This document shows positions 1-8,100 of a stretch of 18,672 nucleotides of DNA, piece after piece. A model generated the notes under the pieces. It saw only the letters and a list, made by a program, of their open reading frames with translations, had not been told where the DNA came from and searched no databases. Each line of letters opens with the position of its first letter. The stretch's first letter is position 1. Made by a program: the position numbers and the translations under genes. The stretch comes from Candidatus Hermodarchaeota archaeon (lineage in GTDB: Archaea > Asgardarchaeota > Lokiarchaeia > Sigyniarchaeales > SOKP01): positions 1-18,672 of the forward strand of contig JBHLLO010000061.1 of the NCBI GenBank assembly GCA_048885535.1, given 5' to 3'.

Positions 1-31
1 TGATCCCATAAGAAAAACCCATCCCACCCAT
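1..31 (-). CDS. 5' end of an unidentified gene running off the window (MGGMGFSYGI...)
   Basis: Minus-strand ATG at 31-29, open to the window edge, preceded by a strong archaeal SD AGGTGA (complement of tcacct, 37-42). Only 10 codons are visible. Confidence 0.55.
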   Translation of the reverse strand, partial: MGGMGFSYGI

Positions 32-313
32 TATTCTCACCTAAAATTGCTAAATCAATATAATCTTGAGGATCATTGGTTATACCATAATTGGCAATAT
101 AAATTCCAAATTTATTTTTTGGCATTATTAGAAGCGGTATTTTTTTTATATTACCTTAACTTATAATGAAAGGTTCATATAATAATAAAGTGGGCTAAAA
201 ATTTCTAACTTTCATCAGGAATAATTTATGATAATGTTCTCATTTCTTTCTACTTTTATGTCCAATAAGACACATAAGAAAGTTTTTAAGACCGTGGTAC
301 CAATATTGAATTT

Positions 314-1147
314 ATGAGGAATCATCTCTTAAAAAAATATGAGCTTACAATTTATTATATCCTAACATTTGTATTTATGGGTATTGGAGCTTTATTATCA
401 TTCATATTCAAAATCGAAATCTTTAGTATAACAAACCTAGATGTTATTGCTCTGATCTTGTGGGTAGTTATGGCCTTTAGTCCCACTTACTCTGCCATTC
501 TTCTTACAGGAATAAATAACGGTAAAAACGGGCTGAAAGAGCTATTATCTGGTTACTTCAAGTTTAGAGTATTATGGAAATGGTGGTTAGGTGCATTAGC
601 TCTTGTACTTGTGCCATTTTTGACATGTTTCGTTATCGCATTAGTTACTGGAGGATACACACTTCCTGTGGAGTTTACAATCCCACTTTTACTTGTTAAT
701 ATAGTTTATACCTTCTTTTCAGGACCTATCGCGGAAGAAGCTGGTTGGAGAGGCTTTGCACTCCCTCGAATGCTTAAGAAACAAAGTGCTACCACTGCTA
801 CACTCTTGCAAGGGGTGATTTGGATTTTTTGGCATGTACCTCTAATCATTGTTCCTGATTCCTCTCAGTCAACCTTATTTTGGCCAGTTTATGCTATTTT
901 AATATTATTAATTAATATTATTTTAAACTGGTTATATATAAACTCAGAAGGTAGCTTAGCAATTACAATCCTAGCTCACTTTTCTTTCAATTTTAGTAGC
1001 GTACTCATAATTGGTTTGCTTTCATTGGTTCCATATATGATCTTTAGTATTGTAGGTTCTATTCTCGGAGTGCTCTATCTCTTGCTTATTTACATCTTTT
1101 TTAGTTCGAAGACGTACAAACCTCGTTCTAAACAAAATAGAGAATAA
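314..1147 (+). CDS. CPBP/Abi (CAAX protease type II) family intramembrane glutamic endopeptidase
   Basis: Multiple TM segments; motifs EEAGWRGF (EExxxR), FWH and the later H in ILAHFSFN. Confidence 0.9.
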   Translation: MRNHLLKKYELTIYYILTFVFMGIGALLSFIFKIEIFSITNLDVIALILWVVMAFSPTYSAILLTGINNGKNGLKELLSGYFKFRVLWKWWLGALALVLVPFLTCFVIALVTGGYTLPVEFTIPLLLVNIVYTFFSGPIAEEAGWRGFALPRMLKKQSATTATLLQGVIWIFWHVPLIIVPDSSQSTLFWPVYAILILLINIILNWLYINSEGSLAITILAHFSFNFSSVLIIGLLSLVPYMIFSIVGSILGVLYLLLIYIFFSSKTYKPRSKQNRE

Positions 1148-1348
1148 TCTAAATATTTTTTTCTTTTTGATTTTAAACATTTTTTTGATATTTATTTGCC
1201 TCATATTCCCAAAATTCTTTTTTGATTTCTTTAAACTCTTCTATCTTCCTAATTCGGTTATATAATGATAAAAATGGTAATATTAGCGGGATCATTGCCT
1301 AAATTAAATTTTCTTAGAAAATTTAAATTATAAAATTTTTAATTAATT

Positions 1349-1855
1349 ATGGACGGAAATATAGAATTAACATTAGAAGAATTACTAGAATTGATGAGAT
1401 ATTCTTTTCTCAGGTTGGATGGTGCGTGGTTCATGGCATCAGCAGAAAAACTTGGTTTGACGACTGCGACAGAATTAGATGTAAAAGCATGGGAGATGTT
1501 TTCTGAGAGGTTGGGGAAAAAAATCGCTTCGATGACAAGTTTGGAAGGTGATATCTCTCAAAATTTACCAAAATTACTGAAAATCCATCACACACTTATG
1601 AATATGAATTCAGAAATAGAAGTTATTAATGAGAACAAAGTTATTCACAGAGTTTTAGATTGTGAAGTTTGGAAAATGGTTCAGAAAGTTTGGGATCAAG
1701 ATGAGATTCCTTGTCATAAGGTTACATTAGCAAGTATTAGGGGTTTGCTTAAAGGGGCTTTTCCAGAAAGTGATTTTATTTTAAAACATAAGAAGAAAAT
1801 CCCTTTGGGAGATCCTTACTGCGAAATTGAAATTTCTCCTAAGGATTCAGAATAA
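1349..1855 (+). CDS. DUF6125-like protein (V4R/ATC-hydrolase-like small-ligand-binding fold)
   Basis: N-terminal LDGAWF...ELDVKAW pattern; Cys at DCEVW and IPCH; C-terminal GDPYCEIEI typical of V4R-like folds. Confidence 0.6.
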   Translation: MDGNIELTLEELLELMRYSFLRLDGAWFMASAEKLGLTTATELDVKAWEMFSERLGKKIASMTSLEGDISQNLPKLLKIHHTLMNMNSEIEVINENKVIHRVLDCEVWKMVQKVWDQDEIPCHKVTLASIRGLLKGAFPESDFILKHKKKIPLGDPYCEIEISPKDSE

Positions 1856-1858
1856 ATT

Positions 1859-2890
1859 TCAAGGATTAATTATTTCTTCAACAGAACAGTCTTTGTAAAT
1901 TTCTTTCGCTAAATTCTTTAATCCTATTAAACCAACAGGTTCCTCTATAAGTCTGTTAGACTCCCAAACTTTTAAGTCTTTGAATTCCTTTTTTATTTCT
2001 ATCAAATATTTATTCTGAATAGAGGATATCTGACCACAAAAATTACATTTTTTAGCATGTTTTTTAGGAATTAACATATTTATATGTATAGCGTCAAGTT
2101 GAATATATTTTTTAGTCATATCTCGTGCTCTTTTTATTTCTTCGAAACTGGGCTTTTCAGCAATAGATACTAATCTTAGAGAACCAACATTATGAATTAG
2201 TTCACTTATTCTTTCTCCACGTCTTTCAAGCTCAACAACCATGTTAAAGATTTCCTTTCCTAGTTCTCTCCTCTTTTCATAGCTTCCATCATCAAAAGGC
2301 TTAATTATCTGTCTAAACATTTTAGATAAATTTTTTATTGCTCCTCTGATTGAATTATAGAAATTTAAAGAGTATTTTAAAACAACTTTGACTTGGTCCT
2401 CAGGAATTTCAAAAAGAGCCACCATGTTTCCTGTAGGAGGAAAATCGGCTACAATAATATCAAATTGAATGTCCTGAGTATTTATATCTTCAGCATCTAA
2501 TAACTTTTGAAAAAACATTGCGTTTTTTAAAGCTAATGGAATTGAATCTGCCGTAAAAGTAGTATTAATAAATTTTTCAATTTGTGGTAAATTTCCGATA
2601 ATAGGCATTTGCTTTGTAAGAGTTTTCATCTTTTCTACTAAATCTTTTGTATATTCTTCAGCATATGAGTCAGGATCTGGTTCAATTGCCCATAAATTAG
2701 CCAATATTGGTGTTATCTCACTATTTATGGTAGTACCAAAAATATCAGACAGATTATGTGCTATATCAAATGAAATTAATAAAATTCTTTTATCTGGAAG
2801 TAATTCTGAAAGTTTAACTGCTGTTGCTGCACTAATTGAGCTTTTACCAACTCCGCCTTTGCCTCCAAGCACAATAATCTTTTCAATCAT
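1859..2890 (-). CDS. ArsA/Get3(TRC40) family ATPase, single domain, divergent
   Basis: Deviant Walker A GGKGGVGKS; switch I DIAHNLSD (canonical DPAHSLSD); switch II DFPPTG (canonical DTAPTG); C-terminal CNFC and EPVGL motifs. Confidence 0.88.
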   Translation of the reverse strand: MIEKIIVLGGKGGVGKSSISAATAVKLSELLPDKRILLISFDIAHNLSDIFGTTINSEITPILANLWAIEPDPDSYAEEYTKDLVEKMKTLTKQMPIIGNLPQIEKFINTTFTADSIPLALKNAMFFQKLLDAEDINTQDIQFDIIVADFPPTGNMVALFEIPEDQVKVVLKYSLNFYNSIRGAIKNLSKMFRQIIKPFDDGSYEKRRELGKEIFNMVVELERRGERISELIHNVGSLRLVSIAEKPSFEEIKRARDMTKKYIQLDAIHINMLIPKKHAKKCNFCGQISSIQNKYLIEIKKEFKDLKVWESNRLIEEPVGLIGLKNLAKEIYKDCSVEEIINP

Positions 2891-3321
2891 TATTATAATA
2901 TAGCATTTATTATAGCCCCTAAAATGACTAAGGGAACCGATTATTATAATTTTAAATAGTTGTTAGAATTTGAATTCTTACATATTACTACATTATTTAA
3001 AGGAATTAACTATCTTTTGGAAAAAAAATAATTTTACCATTAAATGCAGGATTCTCATTTTTACCATCCTTTTCAAAATAGAAATAAAAACGACCAATTG
3101 AAGTATTCAACCTGAATTTAATCCTTTTTTTATTTATATTCGAAAATCTTTTCAATAAGATATTATTCCAATAAACACTCATTAATATTGCTTAAAACAA
3201 TTGATTAAAAAATAGACATCTTATGAAGATGTTATAACTCTATCAAACAGTACTGATTTCCATCTATATTCAGCAAAAAATAAATGGAAAGAATCATTCA
3301 ATTAATATAATCATTTATTTA

Positions 3322-3339
3322 TTAATGAGTCCTCATTAA
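3322..3339. promoter_or_regulatory. Perfect palindrome TTAATGAG-tc-CTCATTAA, candidate operator between the divergent ArsA/Get3 and dnaG genes
   Basis: 8-bp arms at 3322-3329 and 3332-3339 with a 2-nt spacer, about 100 bp upstream of dnaG. Confidence 0.4.
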
Positions 3340-3438
3340 AAATCAAAAAAGTAAAACTAAATTAAAAATCATAAATTCAAATTATATTATTTGAAATTGT
3401 TAAAGATCATAAATAATATTTAATAATAAAATACGGAA

Positions 3439-4660
3439 GTGATCAAGATTACCAATAATCAAGTAGATTTTACAACAAAATATATTATTGAAGCTAAATT
3501 TGAAATTAAGGGAGTGGTTGAAAAGAGCGATATAGTCGGCGCCATATTTGGTCAAAGATAATAAAGTAAGCCAGTTCGGCTCAATCGGCTAAACAGAGGG
3601 TCTCCTTTTAGATCTTGATTTAAGAGATCTTCAAAAATCAGGACGAATCGGAAGAATCGAAGTAGAAAACGAATCTAAGGAAGGACTTTCTATAGGTATT
3701 ATTAAAATTCCATCTTCTTTAACTAGGAAGGAGACTGCTTTATTGGCGGCGACTGTTGAGACGGTCACTCGTGTAGGTCCATGTGAAGCACATATTAAAT
3801 TAATTGAAATTAGAGATGTAAGAGAGACTAAGCGTAAAAAAATAATAGAACGGGCAGCAGAATTACTAAAAGAATGGGATCAAAAATCGCTTGAGCCTAG
3901 TGAAATTGAAGAAAAAATTGACATGGACATCAAACTCGGTGAAATAATAAAATGGGGTCCTGAGAAATTGCCTGCAGGACCAGAAGTTGAAAGTAACGAT
4001 GAATTAATCATTGTAGAGGGCCGTGCAGATGTCCTAAATTTATTAAGAATAGATATTAAAAACTGTATTGCTGTTCAAGGAACACATATCCCTAAATCAG
4101 TGGTAGATCTAGCAAAAAGAAAAAAAGTCGTTACAGTCTTCTCTGATGGAGATCGTGGTGGTGAACTCATAATAAAAGAATTAATGCAGTTGGTAAAAAT
4201 TGATTTTATTGCACGAGCACCTGAGGGTTATGAAGTTGAGGAATTAACAAGAAAACAACTTATAAAGTCTCTTCAAAATAAAAAACCAACAACAGAACCA
4301 TTAGAAACGTTAAAAGTCTCTCCTGTTAAAGAAAAAAAACCTACAGAAACAACAATTAGCAAGCTACTTAAAAAGCTTAAAGTTAAAAACCAAAACTTAA
4401 TAACTGATGCATTGAATACAATTCCTTCGGGTTACAGTATAGGATTTAATAACAAACTTGAAAAATTATTCGAACTCCCTGTAGGGGCGCTATTTGAGGA
4501 GATTATTAAATACAATAAAACTGAATTTTTACTTATTGATGGTATCTTAACTAAACGTCTACTTTCTGAAGCTTTAAAAATGAAAATAAAATTCATTGCT
4601 TGTAAAAATAAAGAGGAAGAATTAAATATTCCAGAGCACGTAGCTATTTATTATTTTTAA
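3439..4660 (+). CDS. dnaG: Archaeal DnaG (TOPRIM, exosome-associated primase-like protein); split gene join(3439..3555,3593..4660), about 394 aa
   Basis: Exon 1 reads (M)IKITNNQVDFTTKYIIEAKFEIKGVVEKSDIVGAIFGQ. Exon 2 reads TEGLLLDLDLRDLQKSGRIGRIEVE...IPSSLTRKETALLAATVETVTRVGPC, in frame with the 3743..4660 ORF (TOPRIM motifs VEGRADV and DGDRGG). The supplied ORF is only the C-terminal part. Confidence 0.93.
3556..3592 (+). other. Putative 37-nt bulge-helix-bulge-type mRNA intron in dnaG
   Basis: The insertion contains TAA TAA in the exon 1 frame and is not a multiple of 3. Central helix GGUC(3550-3553)/GGCU(3587-3590), bulges AAA(3554-3556) and AAA(3591-3593), inner helix GAU/AUC. Cutting after the second bulge nucleotide on each strand gives CAA|ACA (Q|T). 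Confidence 0.75.
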
Positions 4661-4684
4661 GAGTATCATATTTCAATTCTTTTT

Positions 4685-5107
4685 TTAAAATGTTTCTTGA
4701 CATTCAACATGTATAGGGATACCGTTTATCAGAGGATCTGAAACTACGCAATATTGTTTGAATTTTTTTTTACACATCTCAACTTTTTCTTTTGAAGATA
4801 TGTCTTCTAACATATATAAAAGTCTAATATCAACTTTTACCAATCTCAATCTCAAAGTTGGGCTTTTATGGGTTATTTTTCCATCTACAATTATTTCTAA
4901 ATTTTTGATTCTTATACCATTTTTATTTAAACAAAACATAAAACTACTTCCCAAACACCCTCCGATGCCAATTAAAAGATACTCGACTGGACTTGGTCCT
5001 AAATTTGTACCATGAAACGATCTAGGCTCATCTAGATCAAGGTTTTCGAAATTTCTTGCAGCTGCTTTAAAATGAAGATTTTCTATATGGTTTAGTTTTA
5101 CTTGCAT
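4685..5107 (-). CDS. OsmC/YhfA family protein
   Basis: DEP..HG.NLGPSPVEYLL.GIGGC and a second Cys in QYCVVS. Confidence 0.9.
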   Translation of the reverse strand: MQVKLNHIENLHFKAAARNFENLDLDEPRSFHGTNLGPSPVEYLLIGIGGCLGSSFMFCLNKNGIRIKNLEIIVDGKITHKSPTLRLRLVKVDIRLLYMLEDISSKEKVEMCKKKFKQYCVVSDPLINGIPIHVECQETF

Positions 5108-5151
5108 AATTATGCAAAAGAGTTAAGAAAATTAAATTTTTTAGGAATTTA

Positions 5152-5403
5152 TTAACCTATTCCTAATGCATCATTAACAAGTGTAAAAATCAGTTGAATT
5201 ACCCATGAAAGCGCTCCTAAAATCACTAATCCTATAATACATACCTTAAATACAAGAAGGTAATCTTTTCTTCCAGGTTTATTTGCTACTTTTAAAACTC
5301 TTTTAGCATTTCGAAAAAAGATTCCAAATCTTTCATATAAACTTGGTTTTTTCTTTTTATCGAATTTATCGTATTTATCATATTTTGGGTATTGCTTAGA
5401 CAC
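5152..5403 (-). CDS. secE: Protein translocase SecE/Sec61 gamma subunit
   Basis: RVLKVANKPGRKDYL..FKV...GL.ILG motif with a single C-terminal TM helix; lies directly after ftsY; GTG start. Confidence 0.92.
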   Translation of the reverse strand: MSKQYPKYDKYDKFDKKKKPSLYERFGIFFRNAKRVLKVANKPGRKDYLLVFKVCIIGLVILGALSWVIQLIFTLVNDALGIG

Positions 5404-5455
5404 AATTAAATTAAAACTGAATATTTAAAAAAGTTAACTAATAATGAGAAAGTTC

Positions 5456-6361
5456 TTACTTTTCGTTAATATCAAGTATTTTTGAGATAAAGAAATCTTT
5501 CTCAAAAGGTTTTAAGTCATCATAACTTTGTCCTGTTCCCACAAAAATTATTGGTTTCTTAGTTTCGAAAGATATAGATAAAGCTGCACCTCCTTTTGCG
5601 TCTGCATCTAGTTTAGTCAATATATTGGCATCTATTCCAACCTTATTTTTAAATTCCTTGGCTTGAATGAGGGCATCATTTCCAGCAAGACTATCTCCAA
5701 CAAAAACGATCAAGTCTGGTTGGGCAACTCTGACGATCTTTTGCATCTCTGTCATTAAATTCTTATTACTAACTTGTCTTCCAGCAGTATCTATTAAAAC
5801 TACATTAATTCCCTTTGCTGTAGCATGTTGGATTGCATCATATGCAACACTAGCAGGATCAGATTTGTATTCGTGTTTAATCACTCTAATTCCAACTTTA
5901 TTCATATGATATGTTAATTGTTCTATAGCAGCTGCTCGAAAAGTATCTGCCGCTGCTGCTACAGAAGATAAGTTATTCTTTTTTAAGTAGTATGCTAATT
6001 TCGCTATCGTGGTTGTTTTTCCAGTTCCGTTTACCCCAAGAAAAACTATTACATATGGTTTATTCTTTTCTTTTTTTATTTCAATATCAACTAAAAGATT
6101 AATCTCTTGATCGGGAGTCAATACTTCTATAATTACATTTTTCAGCACTTCAAATAGATATTTCTTTTTTGACGAAAATCTCCCAATTTGCTCTCCTTTC
6201 AATGAATTCTTAATTTTTTGACATAATTCGTTAGCAGTTTCAGCTGCTACATCGTTACTTATTAGGAGTAAGTTTAACTCATTTAAAGTATTCTCAATTT
6301 TTTCTTCAGATAAGGATTTCTTTATAAAACTAGAAAATGTATTTTTTAATTGTTCAAACAT
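5456..6361 (-). CDS. ftsY: Signal recognition particle receptor FtsY (NG domain only)
   Basis: GVNGTGKTTT, DTFRAAA, DTAGR, TKLDADAKGG and GTGQ motifs. Start moved to ATG 6361 (MFEQLK) because the GTG at 6373 lies inside an AGGTGA SD. Confidence 0.96.
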   Translation of the reverse strand: MFEQLKNTFSSFIKKSLSEEKIENTLNELNLLLISNDVAAETANELCQKIKNSLKGEQIGRFSSKKKYLFEVLKNVIIEVLTPDQEINLLVDIEIKKEKNKPYVIVFLGVNGTGKTTTIAKLAYYLKKNNLSSVAAAADTFRAAAIEQLTYHMNKVGIRVIKHEYKSDPASVAYDAIQHATAKGINVVLIDTAGRQVSNKNLMTEMQKIVRVAQPDLIVFVGDSLAGNDALIQAKEFKNKVGIDANILTKLDADAKGGAALSISFETKKPIIFVGTGQSYDDLKPFEKDFFISKILDINEK

Positions 6362-6412
6362 CAGTATATTCACCTATTACAAAGCATTAAATGGGCTCAT
6401 TAATGCAGACCT

Positions 6413-6835
6413 TTATCCTCTACGCCCTGAATAACTCTCTTGAATTGATTGACTCATTCCTTGAATCGCAAAATCTAGCTTTTGGATTCTCTCTGATAGA
6501 GACTTTAATTGTTCATTATGTTGTTCAATTAATTTTTCAGTAAATACAATAGAATCACTGATATCTTTTTCTATTACACTATCATTTCCAATAAATAAGA
6601 GAGTCCTATGGGTGTCTTGGATTGTAGCTTTTATTCCAACTAAACCTCCTATTGGAATAATGATTTCATCGTCTTTTTTGACACCATCTTTTATATTCTG
6701 AAGCGTATTTTTAGTATTTAATAAGTTTCCAAGAGATGCATTAATAATTTCTAACTGACCTTGAAACATATCACGTTGTTCTTTAATTATTCTAAACTGA
6801 TATAATTGGTTTTCAATATCTTTAGTATTTTCCAT
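6413..6835 (-). CDS. pfdA: Prefoldin alpha subunit
   Basis: Coiled coils flanking IIIPIGG...LFIGNDSVIEK beta-hairpins; conserved position between LX and ftsY. Confidence 0.88.
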   Translation of the reverse strand: MENTKDIENQLYQFRIIKEQRDMFQGQLEIINASLGNLLNTKNTLQNIKDGVKKDDEIIIPIGGLVGIKATIQDTHRTLLFIGNDSVIEKDISDSIVFTEKLIEQHNEQLKSLSERIQKLDFAIQGMSQSIQESYSGRRG

Positions 6836-6864
6836 TTTTTATAAACCATCAAAATTAAAGTAAA

Positions 6865-7092
6865 TTATTGAGATAATTCACGAATAAGGTAATCTTGTGC
6901 TTCTTCTGGGGTTATTACTTTAATCTCTTTTACTTTTATTTGTCTTCTAAGAATCCCTATTGAGGTTATTTGACTTAGAGCTTTTTCTAAAGCATCCTCT
7001 TCTTTTAATGCACGAACCTCTTTTCGAAATAGATATTTCTTATGATATTTATAATAAGTGCCGATAATTCGATAAATTTTAATCTCTGACAT
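6865..7092 (-). CDS. rpl18a: 50S ribosomal protein eL20 (L18Ae/LX)
   Basis: KIYRIIG...FRKEVRALKEEDALEK...RRQIKVKEI signature; synteny. Confidence 0.9.
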   Translation of the reverse strand: MSEIKIYRIIGTYYKYHKKYLFRKEVRALKEEDALEKALSQITSIGILRRQIKVKEIKVITPEEAQDYLIRELSQ

Positions 7093-7282
7093 GAAATATC
7101 AAATCCCTTATACTAACGAGATTAAAGTAGAAAATTATTCTAAAAATATTAAATTTTTGCTTTTCATTTATTTAAGGATTTTAGAATTTTAACTAATTAA
7201 AAAAACCTTTCAATTGGCACCTTAAAAATCGTATCTTTTAAGACGTGAAAGATTTTTAATTGCTAAAAGATATTCTATTTCC

Positions 7283-7963
7283 CTAAAGGCCTAAAATGTC
7301 TGTCATACGCATCATTTCAGGTCCTGTGCAAGCAAAACCAAAAATACCATTAAAATCATTGATTGTAGCACCTGATGATAGATAGGGAATACCTCTATTA
7401 ACCGTTGACACATCAACTTCATCAACCTTTAATATTGATGAGATTTGCTCTATTTCATTATCATTAGTTAAAGGATGTACAACGCAACCATTATTATTTA
7501 CCAATCCAATTGATCCAGGTAGATAATTGTCTGCAAACTCAAAAACCTCACATTCTACATTTAAAGTATTCTCAATTTCTGGTTTAACATCCTTTAATAA
7601 GGAACTTATAATAGCTCCTTTGTCATTACATAAAATTAAATTCCCAAAAGCGTTATCTATCGATTTAATAATTCCTATTTGGTAATCATCTTTAATACTT
7701 TTAGCACATTTGGTTAAATTATCAAGCTCGTCGTCTCTTACTATATGTGGTACAATTATCCCATATCTATTACTAGCAAGGTAAACTCCTAAAAGGGTAG
7801 AATTGTTAATTGAAACTGGGAAAAATGGCTCTTTAAACGTTGATTTTATTTTTTTAACTGCAAATTTTAATAATGTGGAGGGATAAAGTCCAAATATGTT
7901 ATTTACAGTAAGATAAACTCCAACAGAGTTTTTTCCAAATAGTTGATACTTGAGAATTGACAT
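7283..7963 (-). CDS. eif6: Translation initiation factor 6 (aIF6)
   Basis: AFGNLILCNDKGAI, NNNGCVVHP, STVNRGIPY and TGPEM repeats typical of IF6. Confidence 0.95.
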   Translation of the reverse strand: MSILKYQLFGKNSVGVYLTVNNIFGLYPSTLLKFAVKKIKSTFKEPFFPVSINNSTLLGVYLASNRYGIIVPHIVRDDELDNLTKCAKSIKDDYQIGIIKSIDNAFGNLILCNDKGAIISSLLKDVKPEIENTLNVECEVFEFADNYLPGSIGLVNNNGCVVHPLTNDNEIEQISSILKVDEVDVSTVNRGIPYLSSGATINDFNGIFGFACTGPEMMRMTDILGL

Positions 7964-8100
7964 TTATAAGAAAAAAATAAAATACTGTTTGGTAAAAGAA
8001 AGTTTCAAACCATAAATATTTTTTTATAGAATTTATCGACTTCCCTATAGTTCTAGAAAAATATAATGAGAATTGTTTATAAATAATAACATCGCAATAA

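Noticed and set aside
1022-1204. 60-aa minus-strand ORF
   Set aside because: Antisense overlap with the CPBP gene; low complexity; no motif.
2891-3438. Long AT-rich intergenic region as a possible replication origin or CRISPR array
   Set aside because: No ORB-like G-string repeats, no adjacent cdc6/orc1 gene and no regularly spaced direct repeats are visible.
3566-3596. Spliceosomal-looking micro-intron GTAAG...GCTAAAC AG inside and overlapping the dnaG insertion
   Set aside because: Removing 3566-3596 restores the frame but leaves AGA TAA TAA upstream and destroys the conserved TE codons. The BHB boundaries explain the locus exactly, so the resemblance is treated as coincidence.
3553-3597. 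Ribosomal bypassing or frameshifting as the mechanism for dnaG
   Set aside because: No matching take-off/landing codon pair lands in the right frame (CAA at 3582 and AGA at 3595 are out of frame), and the downstream frame has TAA at 3590-3592, which blocks a simple frameshift. Not formally excluded, but less parsimonious than splicing.
3743-4660. ORF-track call of a 305-aa protein starting at TTG 3743
   Set aside because: Conserved DnaG sequence continues upstream in frame to 3593 and in another frame back to 3439; 3743 is an internal Leu codon.
4758-5909. Plus-strand ORFs 4758..5015 and 5667..5909
   Set aside because: Antisense shadows of the OsmC gene and ftsY.
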